NCBI RefSeq assembly: GCF_018977255.1
Contig: NW_024704742.1
Span: forward strand, 86,430,001 to 86,494,000
Direction: 5' to 3'
Source: Callorhinchus milii
Taxonomy: Eukaryota
DNA: 64,000 bases
A program made the position numbers and the translations under genes. The notes under the pieces were generated by a model, which worked only from the letters and a program-made list of their open reading frames with translations, was not told the origin of the DNA and ran no database searches. Position 1 is the stretch's first letter, and each line of letters opens with the position of its first letter. Below, piece after piece: positions 40,111 to 52,745 of the stretch.

Positions 40111-40277
40111 ACAAAACACAAAATACTGCAGATGCTGGAAATCTGAAAACAAGAACAGAAGTCGCTGGGAACACTATGGAGCATCTATGGAGAAAGGAAA
40201 GTGAGTCAATGTTTTGGGTCCACGACCCTTTGTCAGAACTGGTTGAGTGTTCCCAGCGACTTCTGTTTTTGTTTTCA
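40111..40277 (-). mobile_element. Penelope-type repeat with terminal inverted arms and a decayed hammerhead ribozyme, nested in a SINE (40016-40360)
   Basis: aaaatactgcagatgctggaaatctg motif, 32-bp inverted arms at 40144-40175 and 40246-40277, and an 11-bp flanking direct repeat ctttacagtat. Confidence 0.7.
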
Positions 40278-40584
40278 CTTTACAGTATGTTCTGTGAAGC
40301 GCTTTGAGACATCTCGAAGACATGATAAGGAGCTATATCAAATGCAAGAATTAATATTATAATTTATAATATAGTTTAAGTACTTAAACTATATCACAGC
40401 AACAGCAACAACAACTTGCATTTATAAAGCACCCTTCACATAGGATAATATCTCAACTTGTTATACAATGACATTAACTCAGACACTGAGCAAGGCATAA
40501 GGGAGAAGGGAAGGGGGAGGTGGCCATGTGTGCATTCGAAGAGATTATTAGGTGTGATTTAAAGACACAGAGAGAGGGGACAAT

Positions 40585-41360
40585 ACAACAACAACAACAA
40601 CAAAGTTACATTTATAGAGCACCTTTCAAGTCGGGAGGATGTCCCAAAGTGCTGAACAGTCAGATGTAGGGGCCCGAGCATGTGGGAGAGGTGGTGTAGG
40701 GGTGAGGGAAGGCAGAGAGGTGGGAGGGAGACCAAAGGCACGATTGAGGAGAAGGGTCTTCAGACCGGCCTTGAAGGATGCAAGGGAGGAAGCGAGGCGA
40801 AGGGACCATGGGATGGAGTTCCAGAGTGTGGGAGCAGAGAGGCTGAAAGCCCGGCAACCGGCGGGTCGGGTGGGAGACATGGAGCAGGCCAGAGCCTGAT
40901 GAGTGGAGGGAGCGGGCAGGCTTGTAGGGAGTCAGCAAGTCAGAGAGGTAGGAGGGGGCAAGGCCATAGATGGCCTTAAAGGTGAGGACGAGGATCTTGA
41001 ACTCAATCCTCTGGGGAATGGGGAGCCAGTGGAGTCGGGCGAGGGTGGGAGTGATGGGGTCGCGGAGCCTGGTGCAGGAAAAGACATGGGCTGCAGAGTT
41101 TTGGATGATCTGAAGCTTGTGAAGGGAAGAGTTGGGAAGGCCGATGAGGAAGGAGTTGCCGTAATCAGGCCTTGAGGTTACGAATGCATGAGTAAGGGTT
41201 TCGGCAGCCTAAGAGGTGAGGCAGTGTGGAGTCTGGAAATGTTGCAGGGGTGATGGTTGGCAGTACCGGTCATGGCGCGGATGTGGGGGAGAAAGGACAG
41301 TTCAGAGTCAAACAAGACACCCAGGTTCCTGACTGGCCTAATGAGGTTGAATGTGCATAC
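40585..41360 (-). mobile_element. L2 3' fragment
   Basis: RAFSLSAPTLWNSIP..FKAGLKTLL, stem-loop and (TTG)n tail. Confidence 0.9.
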
Positions 41361-41534
41361 GGAGAGTGAAGAGAGTTGACTTCATGAGATTAGATGCTCA
41401 GGCCACCAATAGTTGCACGGAGGGTTGGGGGACACACAGCAAGCCTATGTAAGCTGAGTGGTGGGCTAAGAGAAAATCGCAGACATAGGGATTTGTTAGG
41501 ATATGAGTGGTTTATAAGTAAGGATTATAAAGCT

Positions 41535-42183
41535 GTTATAAAAGCATACAGGATACTAGGCTTTATAAATAGTGTATAGAATACAATAGTCAGGAAGTTA
41601 TGATGAGCCTTTATAAAACACTGATTAGGCCTCCGCTAGAGACTGTGTTCGGTTCTGGGCCCCACACCTTAGGAAGGATGTCAAGGCATTGGAGAGGGTG
41701 CAAAGGAGATTTACCAGGATGATACCAGGACTTCAATTATCAGGAGAGGTTAGAGAAACTAGGATTATTCTCCTTGGAGCAGAGAAGGTTAAAAGGAGAC
41801 TTAATAGAAGTTTTCAAAATTATGAGGGGATTCGATAGGGTGAACAAGGAGAAACTATTTCCACTGGCAATTGGGTCAGTAACCCGAGGATAGCAATTTA
41901 AAATAGTTGTTAAACAAAACAGAGAGGAGGTGAGGAGAATTTTTTTCACACAGCGATTTGTTCGGATCTTCAGTGCATTGCCTGAAAGGGTGATGGAAGC
42001 CAATGCGATAACAACCTTTAAGTGAGAAGTAGATAATTATTTGAGGAGGACAAGTTTGCGGGGCTATGGGGAGAGAGCGGGGGAGCACAATTGATTTGGG
42101 ATTGATCTTTTCAAAGAGCTGGCACAGACCTTATGGGCCGAATGGCCTCCTTCCGTGCTGTATAATTCTATTATTTTATGATT
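41535..42183 (+). mobile_element. CR1 LINE 3' end
   Basis: LYKTLIRPPLE..RKDVKALERVQRRFTRMIPG with frameshifts, and the CR1 3' UTR gggccgaatggcctcc. Confidence 0.9.
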
Positions 42184-45100
42184 AGGACCTTTTTCCAATG
42201 GGGAGTAGTGAGATATTGAAGCTTGGTGAGGTAATAGGGGTGTAGAGTTTGGTGCAAGTGGCGGAGTTTTTGATGAGCTTGAACTTATGCTTGTAAAGGT
42301 AAAGCTGGGGAGACCTACAGCAACACAGCAGAGTAGGACATATCATTAGAGAACATCTCTACCTACTGATACAGTGTATCACAGCATCAGTATAGCAACA
42401 CCCTCCCCACTTTCCAACATCACTCAGAATCCTAGCTCAGCCATATTGCTTTGTTAAAGAAGACAGTTCAGAGTGAAATTGGCAAAGGCCTGGAGAAAAC
42501 AATTCCTCCAGCAATATAGATAGTCTGGTGAATTCAGGGAAATAGGAATGAAGAGACATTCAATAAAAGGAAGATTCAGAGAACAAAATGACAGCTTTCT
42601 TACTTAATCTTGTTGACAATGAGTCTGGCTTCTTTCCTAGAATCTATTTTACAGGCTGCTAAAAGGTTAGGTGGTTCAGTTGTGAAGATATATCAATAGC
42701 TGGAACATGTTTACCAGGAAGTGCGGTGGAGGCCAGGAATCTGTGTTTGGGAAGACAATAGAATGGAAAGAATGAGATAAAATGATCCAAATTACTTCTT
42801 TCAACTGAATTTCCCTTATGTTCTTACCATACACTGTGATCAGACACCGAAAGGGGAAGGATGTGGAGCAGGGTGATAAGCGGTCAGAATTCATCTTAAC
42901 ATCAAACCACTCCACCATGTCACACTGGACCTCCAAGCAGAGTCCAGTCAATAACTTTCAAAGCTTTTATCTTCAGCTTCACTTTACTGGGATGTAGCCT
43001 GGAGATTCCAGACTCCCATGTGCCACTGAGAAATACTATTACATTTATTATTTGCTAAATCACAGGCTCTTTGTATCACTGCATACATTGTCAATAGTTT
43101 TGTCGTTGAAGTTTCACATTTCATTTAGTGATTATCTTTTATGTCCTTTACCAGGACCCATATTCTTCTGGTATATTAGGCCAAGGATAACAGCTGTGCA
43201 TGTACCCTTGTAAAATAAGCAAAGACTTCCCTGCTGGGAAATTATTGAAGAGAAAAGGGCCACCACAGTGGGACCACACAAGGTAATAAAATCTGCTGCT
43301 GAGATCAGCAGCTTAGACCATGCTGAAATCTATTGTTCTTCTCTTGCCTCAGCCAAATCATCTTACTAGCCCAGGGTCATCCAGACAAAAGTTTCGCTTA
43401 ACCAAACAGAGACTAAATAAACAAAACCCATGTAGTAATATATTAATCACTGAATATCATGAGGTGAGACCATGGTAAAGTACTTCTATGTAAAAAGATT
43501 GTGTCTTGATTGAGGGCATGGTTCAACTTCATAAGAGGGCATAGCTCAGCCTGCTTATTATAATAATAATCCTTTCATTTGATATAGCTCCTTTCACATC
43601 AGTTCCAAAGTGTTCCACAGGACTTATTGTAAAGTGGTTGAATCTGTTTATGTGGGCAATCATGGTAGACAATTTTGTGCACACCCCAAAAAAGGCTTAG
43701 AGATTGAATTGGGATGTTAAATAGTACATAAATACTTGGGAAGAAAGGGCACGAAGGTTATGGACAAAAGGCAAGGAAATGCAATTGAAAGATTAGCCCT
43801 GATCTAGTAAGATGGCAGAATAGCTCAATGGAGTAATGGTCCCCTGTTCCCAAGTTATTATAAATCATAACATTCTAGCATTTGGGTCACATTCACATTT
43901 CCAAAGAGTTGCTGAAATTTAGCCCAATTTTATTTCAGACTTTGGATTTGGCACTCGGCCACCTTAATGATAGACTACGTGAAGATTTCCCCTTGTGTAC
44001 AGATGTACTGAAGATTGTTTACTTTAGTGAAAACAAAGAGGGACAACGACTGAAATATCAGCAAAGTGCTAAACTTTTGAAACAATGGAAAATATTTCCT
44101 TTGCTATGTCGCACACTTTGTGTTTTGTCAGACCATTTAAAGTGATACACATGTGCTTCTTGTCGGTCACGTGTTTAATTTTAAAGACATCCAGATGTAT
44201 TTCTTGTAGCCCACATATTGGTCAGACATTATGTGGTCTAATAAATGATGTGCTTTCAGAGTAGGAAACTTTCCCTGCAATCTTTCTTTAAGCATATTCA
44301 GATTATGAAACATAATTCGTACTGAAACTGAAGCCCCACTGAGCTCAGATTAGGATAATAAATAATAGTGGATCTCAAACACTTTACATCAGGAAATAAA
44401 TTCATGGTGAAAGACTGACAGTTACTAAATAGTTACAAAACACTTATGGATACTTACTGGATTCCGCTCACAGCAAAATATTTCTTGGCACAAATCAGAA
44501 TATATCAGAAATTGACTGACTGACTCAGCAATTCCTATTTAGAAATACAGAAAGAAGCTCGTTCAATTATGGTAGGCAGTCAGCTTAAGTCTAGATGACA
44601 AATATTCTCCATTATTGAATCTGATACAAAGACTGATTCAAAGAGATCTGTTTTCCTATTTTAATGAAAACTGAAGCTAACAGGAATGTGCAACTGATTG
44701 AGGGGAAGAAGCATGCAGATGAGAGCACTGTGTATTTCTGACGATGTGAGAAATCTGATTTGCTACATGCAACAATTTAAGCATCCACCTGGTTCTTTAT
44801 TTCAAAACCCATAGAGGGACCTTGAACTTATGGTATAGATTGATGTCACAGTGCAGTTCTAGGAGAGTATTGCATTATTGAATGTTAAATTGTCTGTCAA
44901 ATAAATGTTAGAACTCTCATAATATTATTCAAAGGATGCAACATTAACAACTTGCATTTATATAGCGCCCTTCAAGCCGGACGGCGTCTCAGAGCACTTA
45001 ACAGTGGCAGAGCCTGATGCCGAGCCTGGGAGAGGGAGAAGGTGACCGTAGGGATGATTGAGAATAGAAGCACAAGTACTCCATGGATGGGATAAAACTA

Positions 45101-45693
45101 GCCAAGCGGGAAATCGATTGAAATGGGGGCAAAGGAGTGCAGGTGCAATAATAAGGACAGCCTGTAGCAAGGAAGAACAAATACAATAATAACATAATTG
45201 TTTCTCTGTGTGTGACAGGCTGCGATGTCTCATACATTCAGCAGAATTCCCAAGTCTGTCTGTGGGGTATAAGGTCCTGCTGGTGATGAGCCAGGCTTTG
45301 GCTTCTCACGCATTAGCAGTCACTGAATGCCGGGTTCTCTTCACCAGAAACTCACAATCCACCTGCACAGTCATCGCAGCAGTGTTTGGTACACAAAATC
45401 CACAAGCTCATCAGCACTGCTATTTCTGCTGTTTCTGATTCGGGTGCTTCTCATTGAGAATGAAAGTTTCCGGAACTGCCCTCGACAAAACAGGCTTCTT
45501 TAAGCAAAGAAGAAGCACCACTCACAACCTGCTCCTCTTATCACAACACATTCTTCGGAAGCTACAGTAAGAATGAGTGCATGCTGGCTGTTTTCCTGTT
45601 TGTCGAGAAAATTTTCAAGCAACCGTATAATGGGCTGCAATGCCCTGTGACACAGCTTGACATTCCTAAAGAACTTATTTATTTTATTTATTT

Positions 45694-46024
45694 TGTGGAG
45701 TCCTGTAGCTCAGTGGTTAGAACACTCGCTTTGCAAGTGAGAGACCTGAATTCAATTCCAGACAGGGCGAAACCTTGGGCAAGTTTCCTTACTCCACACG
45801 CCTAAAAATAATCCCTCCAAAACCAAAAAAAAAAACAATAATAAAAATTGGTCATTTTCAATCTTTGACTGTTTGTGGGACATTGCTGTGCGCAATTGGC
45901 TGCCGCGTTCGCCCACAAATATACAGTCAATTCACTTTACAGTGTATTCTGTGAAGCGCTTTGGGACGTCCTCCCGACGTGAAAAGCGCTATACCAAATG
46001 CAAGGATTATTATTATTATTATTA
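45694..46024 (+). mobile_element. Full-length young tRNA-derived SINE (short subfamily)
   Basis: Near-identical to 38468-38806. Confidence 0.92.
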
Positions 46025-46149
46025 ACTGATCCACTGGTTCCTTACTGACTGCACAATTTGATTCAAAGTGGCCTCAATGATTTCCAGCTAGATTTTGCTC
46101 AATGGCAGTCATGCCACAAAGATCACTTCTCAACCTACTCCTATTTCTG

Positions 46150-46800
46150 ATTTATCTCAATAAAATTCCAATACCTGGGTAAAAGTTTGGGGTCTGCTCT
46201 CAGTTTACAGCTGATATCACTTTCTGGATTTTGTCAATGAGCTTGGGTATCGCATCAGACAAGTTGCAAAAATGTCTCGGTGATCTGGAGTAGTGGGCAT
46301 GCCATTGCAAAATCCTATTAAACCCAAGGAAATCTCAGTTCATGCTTTTCTCCAAGAGTGGAAAAAAATAGTGAGGAGGATGTGAGAGTTGAACTGCAAA
46401 TCAAACCCATCAATATGGGCAACGAACACACGTTTTGGGGAATAACGTTTCAAAGGGATCTGAATTGGACGAAGCACATCAATGACATTGTCTCCTGGAC
46501 ATCAGCGTGGCTCAACCAACTTTTGTACAAAGAAGAATGACCATCTTAAGACTATACAAAGTGTACATCTGGCTAGTCCTGGGGTACAGCCACTTTGCTT
46601 GGCTACATTGGGTCAACCCCAATTATAAGACTCCAGCAGATCCTGAACCAAGCGATGAGGCTAGCATATCACCTGCCCCACTTTATCTGCTCTCCTATAA
46701 GCGTAAGATCTCCAGGCTACAATTGACAGAGAAAAGGCACATCAGGAAGAAATACTTGAGAGCACAGAATAACCCATCGCCATCTACACTGATAGAGCAA
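46150..46800 (+). mobile_element. Highly decayed Jockey/I-group non-LTR retrotransposon RT fragment
   Basis: Conceptual pieces SQFTADITFW, KLQKCLGDLE*WA..KILLNPRKSQ, FWGITFQRDLNWTKHINDI and TILRLYKVYI.LVLGY resemble the RT domain 5-7 and thumb region of Jockey/I/Nimb elements. Confidence 0.6.
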
Positions 46801-46988
46801 GAAGGACAGAAGCCATCATGATACATTGTAAAACTGCACTCTCACTTGGTGTGAGATATGATGTGCTCCCCTTCCCAGTCCAGCCTCAGATTGAATTCGC
46901 ACTGAACTCTGTGATCAGGGTAACCTCAGTTTAGATCCTTCCCAAAAGGAACAGGGAGCCATAAATTATGTAAAAAGGATTAGAAACC

Positions 46989-47289
46989 CAGGGCGAAACA
47001 TTAGGCAAGTTTCCTTACTCCACACGCCTCTGTTTACCTAGCACTAAGTAGGAACCCGGTTGTTAGTTAATTGGCAAATCGCTTTTCTGGGGGTAATAAA
47101 CCCTTCAAAAAAAATTGGTTGCTCAATCCACGACTGTTTGTGGGACACTGCTCTGTGCAATTGGCTGCCATGTTTTCTCCACAAAATATATACAGTCAAT
47201 TCACTTTACAGTATATTCTGTGAATCGCTTTGAGACGTCTCAAAGACATGATAAGGCGCTATATCAAATGCAAGGATTAGCATATTATT
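46989..47289 (+). mobile_element. tRNA-derived SINE, long subfamily, 5' truncated
   Basis: Internal block, Deu-like body and tail present. Confidence 0.85.
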
Positions 47290-47949
47290 CTCAGCAGGCT
47301 TCCATTGTTAGTATTGGAAGCCTAGTTTATACCTTGTGTTTTTCTAATTATCCTGAGGGAATGTCAGGACTATTTCATATGAGTGAAAAAGAAGAGATCC
47401 AGGAGCAGTGCCTAGTTGCACCATGCAATTACTGAGATACAATTCTTTCCGTATACTTTCATAATACCTTATACACTGAGCTGCCATACGTTCAGTCATC
47501 CGCTCAGAGTAAGTAAAACGGAACACAATGCCTTTTCATACTTCCATTTTATTTGTACACATTGACATAACTTGAAGCAACCCAAGAAATGAAATCCCTT
47601 CAGGTATTTCTTTAAACCAAAACTAATTAGGGAGGAAGTCAATTGTTCGGGAGTGGTGATGGCAATTGCGTTTATGTCACAATTTTAATTATTTATGTTG
47701 TAACTCATTAAGTTGCAACTTTAGCATCTCCAACTTAGTGCTGATTACGAAATATGAATAATAATTATTACCAACAGAATATTTAGGGACGTAATGCAAT
47801 GCAGCAGTACTGTACTTTAACATATTCGGCAGAAAAAAGCTTAATACTTCTGAAGCCAATTAAGGCAGCTTGATTCAGGCAGTTTGAATTAGTGTGGTGG
47901 GCGTCACAGAAAATACATAATAAATACAAAAATACACCCATCTACATAA

Positions 47950-47955
47950 TTTATT
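47950..47955 (-). terminator. Candidate CFAP95 polyadenylation signal AATAAA
   Basis: First AATAAA on the minus strand downstream of the stop codon, ~145 nt away. Confidence 0.5.
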
Positions 47956-48098
47956 GTTTGACAAGGAAAGAGTATTAGCAACTGATTTGTCCAAGTTTGC
48001 TGTTAAATATCTCAAATCATATTGATCACGTGCATGAATGGATTCTGGGTTTGAAAGTTTGAAAGTTTTTGAATCTTAAGTTTGTGAAGAATACATAT

Positions 48099-48281
48099 TT
48101 AATCACAACGAGTTGGTATTGGATTGATTGGAGGGTGGAATATATCCTTGAGCTCACTGTTGGCATAAGCCCCACTTTCGTCTTGCCAAGTGTTCCTGCC
48201 TTCACGTCGGTGGTTTGCAGGTTCCATAAACTGAGAGATGCACTTTCTGTACAGAGGACCCTTATTCGGAATAACCTCGGG
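48099..48281 (-). CDS. CFAP95: CFAP95 terminal coding exon (PEVIPNKGPLYRKCISQFMEPANHRREGRNTWQDESGAYANSELKDIFHPPINPIPTRCD*)
   Basis: Acceptor tatgtAG, phase 0, TAA stop. RKCxSQF and GxNTWxDESGxYANS motifs match the recalled C9orf135 C-terminus. Confidence 0.92.
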   Translation of the reverse strand, partial: PEVIPNKGPLYRKCISQFMEPANHRREGRNTWQDESGAYANSELKDIFHPPINPIPTRCD

Positions 48282-49134
48282 CTACATAGGTAGAGGACAA
48301 AAAAATGGTTAATCTTATTTCCTAAGTTTCAATTGAAAAACAAGCTGTGTCACAAACTGAAAACTTGCTGGGCTTTCCTTCAACTCCGCAACATTTATTA
48401 CCACCTCCCCCTCCCCCTTGGGTTGCCAGACCCTCATTCAAAGATTCATCACATCCAGGCTGGACTATTTGAATGCCCTGCTTGCCAGACTCCCACCATC
48501 CTTACTCGGCTCCACTCGCTCCCCATCCCCCAGTGGATCAAGTTCAAGCTCCTTGTCCTTGCATTCAAATCTCTCCTTGGCCTTGTCAGCCTACTTTATG
48601 TCCCCCATCTTAAACTCAGCTTCCTGCTTCACAGGCTTGTCTCACCACCTGACTAACTGACTGCCTGCCTGCCTTGAACATACTGATTCATTTCTAAGGG
48701 GACTCTTGAAAGAGTAGAACTAGTGGACGAAATATCTGACTTGGAACAATTTCCAGACTTTGGCATTTTTTTCCCAGACAGTATTTTATTATAATGTGTG
48801 CAGTGGTTAAAAAGACATTACATTATATATCCTACTCATTTTTTCCCATCGTACCCCATTTTAAAAGGGGGCATAATTTAAGGATTATTATTATTGTCTC
48901 TTAATGAAATTTTTTTGGGAATGGAAAGTATGTCTAAACAAATTTGGTTTTAATCAGTTTTCAACCATTGGTTTTCTTTTTATTTGTATCCACCTGAAGA
49001 CTGTATAACTCATGCTGAGATGTAGTTTCTTGGATTATGGCAGCCATCCAAGCCCCTTGTCCAAAAAAACATTCTCAATGTGTGAGCCCAGATAGTGATT
49101 TTTCTTTTACTTTTTCTTGGGATATGCATATTAC

Positions 49135-49600
49135 GAGTAATAATAATCCTTTGATATAGTGCCTTATCATGTCGTCAGACATCTCATAGTGCTTCACAGG
49201 GTATACTGTAAAGTGGATGAACTGTGCATTTTGTGGGCGAAACACAGCAACCAGCTTGCACACAACAATGTCCCTTAAACAGCCAGGTGAGTGACCACTT
49301 TTATTTGGGAGATTGTTGGCCAGGTTATCAGGTGAAACTCCCTTCTCTTTCCAAACAGTGCTATGGGATTTTTACCATCCACCTGAACAGGCAGATGGGA
49401 CCTAGGTTTAATGTCTCATCTGAAGGCACCTCCGACAATGTAACACGCCCCCAGCACTACATTGGAGTGTCAGCTTAGACAACAACAACAACAAAATCAC
49501 ATTTGTATAGCGCTATTATGTGATTCCAAGTCCCAACATAGGGCTTGAACCCACAACCTTCTGACTCAGAGACGAGTGTGCCACCACTGCTCCAGGTTGA
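49135..49600 (-). mobile_element. Older DeuSINE, near full length, with a small (AAC)n-tailed insert at ~49479-49515
   Basis: Colinear with the 25810-26270 copy. Confidence 0.75.
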
Positions 49601-49614
49601 CTGACTACTATTAT

Positions 49615-50322
49615 GCCAGCATTTATTGCCCATCCCGAATTACCCTAATCGGGCCTTCTCTTTAAACTGCTGCAATCCTGTGCCAACGTGCTCCCACAAT
49701 CGTATTGGGTGGGGCGGTTTGCTCAGTGTCTGTCAACTGTAAAGGACTTTGACGTTATTCTACTTGAAGGGCATTATGTAAATACAAGCTGTTATTGCTG
49801 TTCTAATAGTTTCACTCAGTGATGATGGTGCAGGTCAAGCTGGTGAGTGACTTGAAGGGGACATGTAGTTGATGTGTTCCCATGATGACGCTACTCTTGT
49901 TCTCTGAGATGGTGAAGGTTGAGGGGCTGGGAGGTGCTATTGAAGCAAGGTTGGTGAGTTGCTGTAGTGCGTTGTGGAGAGTTAACACTGCAGCCCACAG
50001 TGCGTCAGTGATAGAGGAGTGGATGTTGAACTGAATGGCTGAGTTGCCAATTAAAGCAAACTGCCCTCTCCTTATGATTTTCAGCTTTTGATTGTTGTTG
50101 TAGCTGCTTCCATTCAGGCAAGTGGTAAGCACTCCATCACACTGCTGATATAAGGCTTATAAACAGCAGAGAGGCTTCAAGGGATTTTGGAGAGGCACTC
50201 TTCAGAGAGTATCGAGACTCTTCCTTGCTCTTGTAACCACATGGTGTTGATGAGGCTCAGTTATGCTTCTTGTCATTGGTTTCCCCCAGGATATTGATTG
50301 GGGGGGGTGCTTAGTGATGGTT
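49615..50322 (-). mobile_element. Decayed 3' end of a second CR1-group LINE family common in cartilaginous fish
   Basis: The minus strand reads like the recalled shark LINE end (YK..V.SVMEYSPLAW..A..T.LKKL..IQ.KA..LIG) and 3' UTR gggatgggcaataaatgctggc. Interrupted by a small insert at ~49720-49805. Confidence 0.6.
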
Positions 50323-50326
50323 GTAC

Positions 50327-50458
50327 ATTGATAACATGATGAGTTTCTGAGCCTTACAGAAAAGGAAGCTTTCAGATCAGTTAACAAAGTTATGGGCTAG
50401 ATATTGAATCTGAAAGCTTTCTTTTCTGTAAGGCTCAGAAACTCATCATGTTATCAAT
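50327..50458. repeat. 51-bp inverted repeat (1 mismatch) with 30-nt spacer
   Basis: Arms 50327-50377 and 50408-50458. Confidence 0.95.
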
Positions 50459-52202
50459 TTCTTTCTGAACACACTGCCCTGAAAAGACATAATATAAACC
50501 TGACTGGAATGCGTAAAAGGAAGATAGAGAGATATTGTTCTTGGGGAGTAAGTCTATTAAACGATATGAAAAATGAATGGAAATGAGATTTAGAAATGTA
50601 AAGAGGTGTTATGAAATGGCGGAGTAGGCTCCACAGGCTAAATGAGCTAAAGCTTAGTAGCAAATTATGTATGTTCCCACCTAACTACATTTAGAGTAGC
50701 TTCCATTCACTCGATAGCAATTACAAATAGGAACTTTGCCACCAATTATTTTTTGTCCTCACTAGTTCAGGAATGTAGAGGCGAATTATAGTTCTCCTCT
50801 GAACCCCCACAGAGATCAATTAATATAGTTACAGACTAGCAATATCAAACTTGGAACCCGCCTCATCAATTTGACACCACATGATCCAGTTGACTAATTC
50901 TTTCCACATTTATGCAAAATCTTAAATTTTATGACAATGTTCTTCAGGCTAAAATCACAACAGGTTTCAATCCTCAGATGTCCATACAGTGTGTTTCCAG
51001 CATGGTCAATGGATAGCAATGAAGAACTGGGTATTTTCTGATATTTACTGTCCCACGAGCTGCTAAGACTTGGTCAACGCTGCGGAACTAAGTTTATATT
51101 CAAGTTGAATCTGCCGACTGAGGAGCAGTCCAGGATTATACAGCTAAAAGTATAACGTCTTTAAACGTACTGGCCTAAATAATATTGACAGTCTTACCCC
51201 TTTTCTGCTGGAAGAAATTCAGCAAAAGTCAGAAGAAAGCACAGTGGTTGATCCAGTGCGGGAATGATGACTTTTATTAAATATATTTTCTGCATATTTG
51301 AGAACAATGGGGACTAAAAGGATCCTAGTAAACAGCTGACAGTCATCAGAAAGCTTGTACTCAACAGCTGAGCACTTCCTGACCTCATCTGAGATCTGAG
51401 TAAATTCTGAAACACTACATCTATTGTACCTATCCCAAACATCACAAAAGCTATGATTGATTTTGCACTATTGGCATTAAAGTTATTGTCAATAATATTG
51501 TGCAATGTGCAGTTATGCTGATAGAAAAGATCATAACACTAATGTCTTCTAGTCACGGAAATCATTTGTTTCTCTAAAAAGGCACAGTTCATAGAATTAT
51601 ATTCCTGAGTGCATGGAATATTGAACAAGAATTCCTATAATCTGCATCAGCAATTCTAAAATAGCCCAAAACATTAGAACCAGATGGAGAGCCCTGTTTT
51701 ATGGTCTCTCAAGTTGCTAGTTTATCTTTCTAGCAAAACAAATTCTTGAAATAGGAGAGAGCTTTTAAGCACCAAGTTAAGATGACAGGAGACCTTGAGG
51801 CACAAAATCACAGAAGTTTCCAATTCTATTATTACTTATGACTCCACAAGAAAAAGAAATCCTGAACAATAAAAAGCACCAAACAGCTGTTGTTGGCCCA
51901 TAAAATATTTAATTCAAAGGTCAGTTGAATTTCCTTTTAAAAACAAATTATATTCATTCATCACTCAAACAAAAATGTTTGTTTGATATTTTATATATTA
52001 TAGCATTTGTTTAAAATATCACATTAAATTAAAAAAGGGAAACATTAATCTTGTAGTCGATGAGGTTTTAAGTTTTATAAAAATAATTATTGGTTGGTGT
52101 ACCTAATAACAATTGAAACATTTTGCATCCGCATTCAATGAACAAACAATGCCTTCTTTATTTATGTCAAGCAAATAAACAAAAGAGCTCTTATACACTG
52201 AC

Positions 52203-52483
52203 ATAATAATAATAATCCTTGCATTTGATATAGTGCTTTTCACATCTTCTATACGTCTCAAAGCGCTTCACAGAATAAGCTGTAAAGTGAATTGACTGTA
52301 TATTTGTGGGCGAAATGCGGAAGCCAATTGCGCACAGCAGTGTCCCACAAACAGTCGTGGATTGAAAATGACCAATTTATTATTGTTTCGTTTTGGAGGG
52401 ATTATTATTAGGCGTGTGGAGTAAGGAAACTTGCCCAAGGTTTTGCCCTGCCTGGAATTGAACCCAGGTGTCTCGCTTGCAAG
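52203..52483 (-). mobile_element. tRNA-derived SINE, short subfamily
   Basis: Reverse-complement match to the 38468 copy from the anticodon arm to the tail. Confidence 0.88.
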
Positions 52484-52509
52484 ACATGTGACAACAGTAG
52501 AATAAAAAG

Positions 52510-52745
52510 AACAACAATAATAAATTACATTTACATAGCGCATTTTAAGTCAGGAAGACGTCACAAGGAGCTGGACACTCAAGAGATTTGGACCTGAGCT
52601 GATGGTTGGGATCAGGAGGGATGGAGGGTGAGGAGGGTATGGATATGAAAATGAGCGAATGCACGGTCGAAAAGGAGGTTCTTGAGACAGGCCTTGAAGG
52701 AGGCAAGGGAGGGAGCGAGGCGAAGGGACTGTGAGATGAAGTTCC
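52510..52745 (-). mobile_element. Short L2 3' fragment
   Basis: ggccttgaaggaggcaagggagg motif shared with other L2 copies. Similar short pieces near 22250-22375(+), 30740-30910(-) and 48370-48640(+). Confidence 0.75.

Noticed and set aside
51198..51289. AG...GTAAGA-bounded 92-nt open segment in the last CFAP95 intron
   Set aside because: Weak pyrimidine tract, would shift the frame, and has no counterpart in the CFAP95 protein as I recall it.
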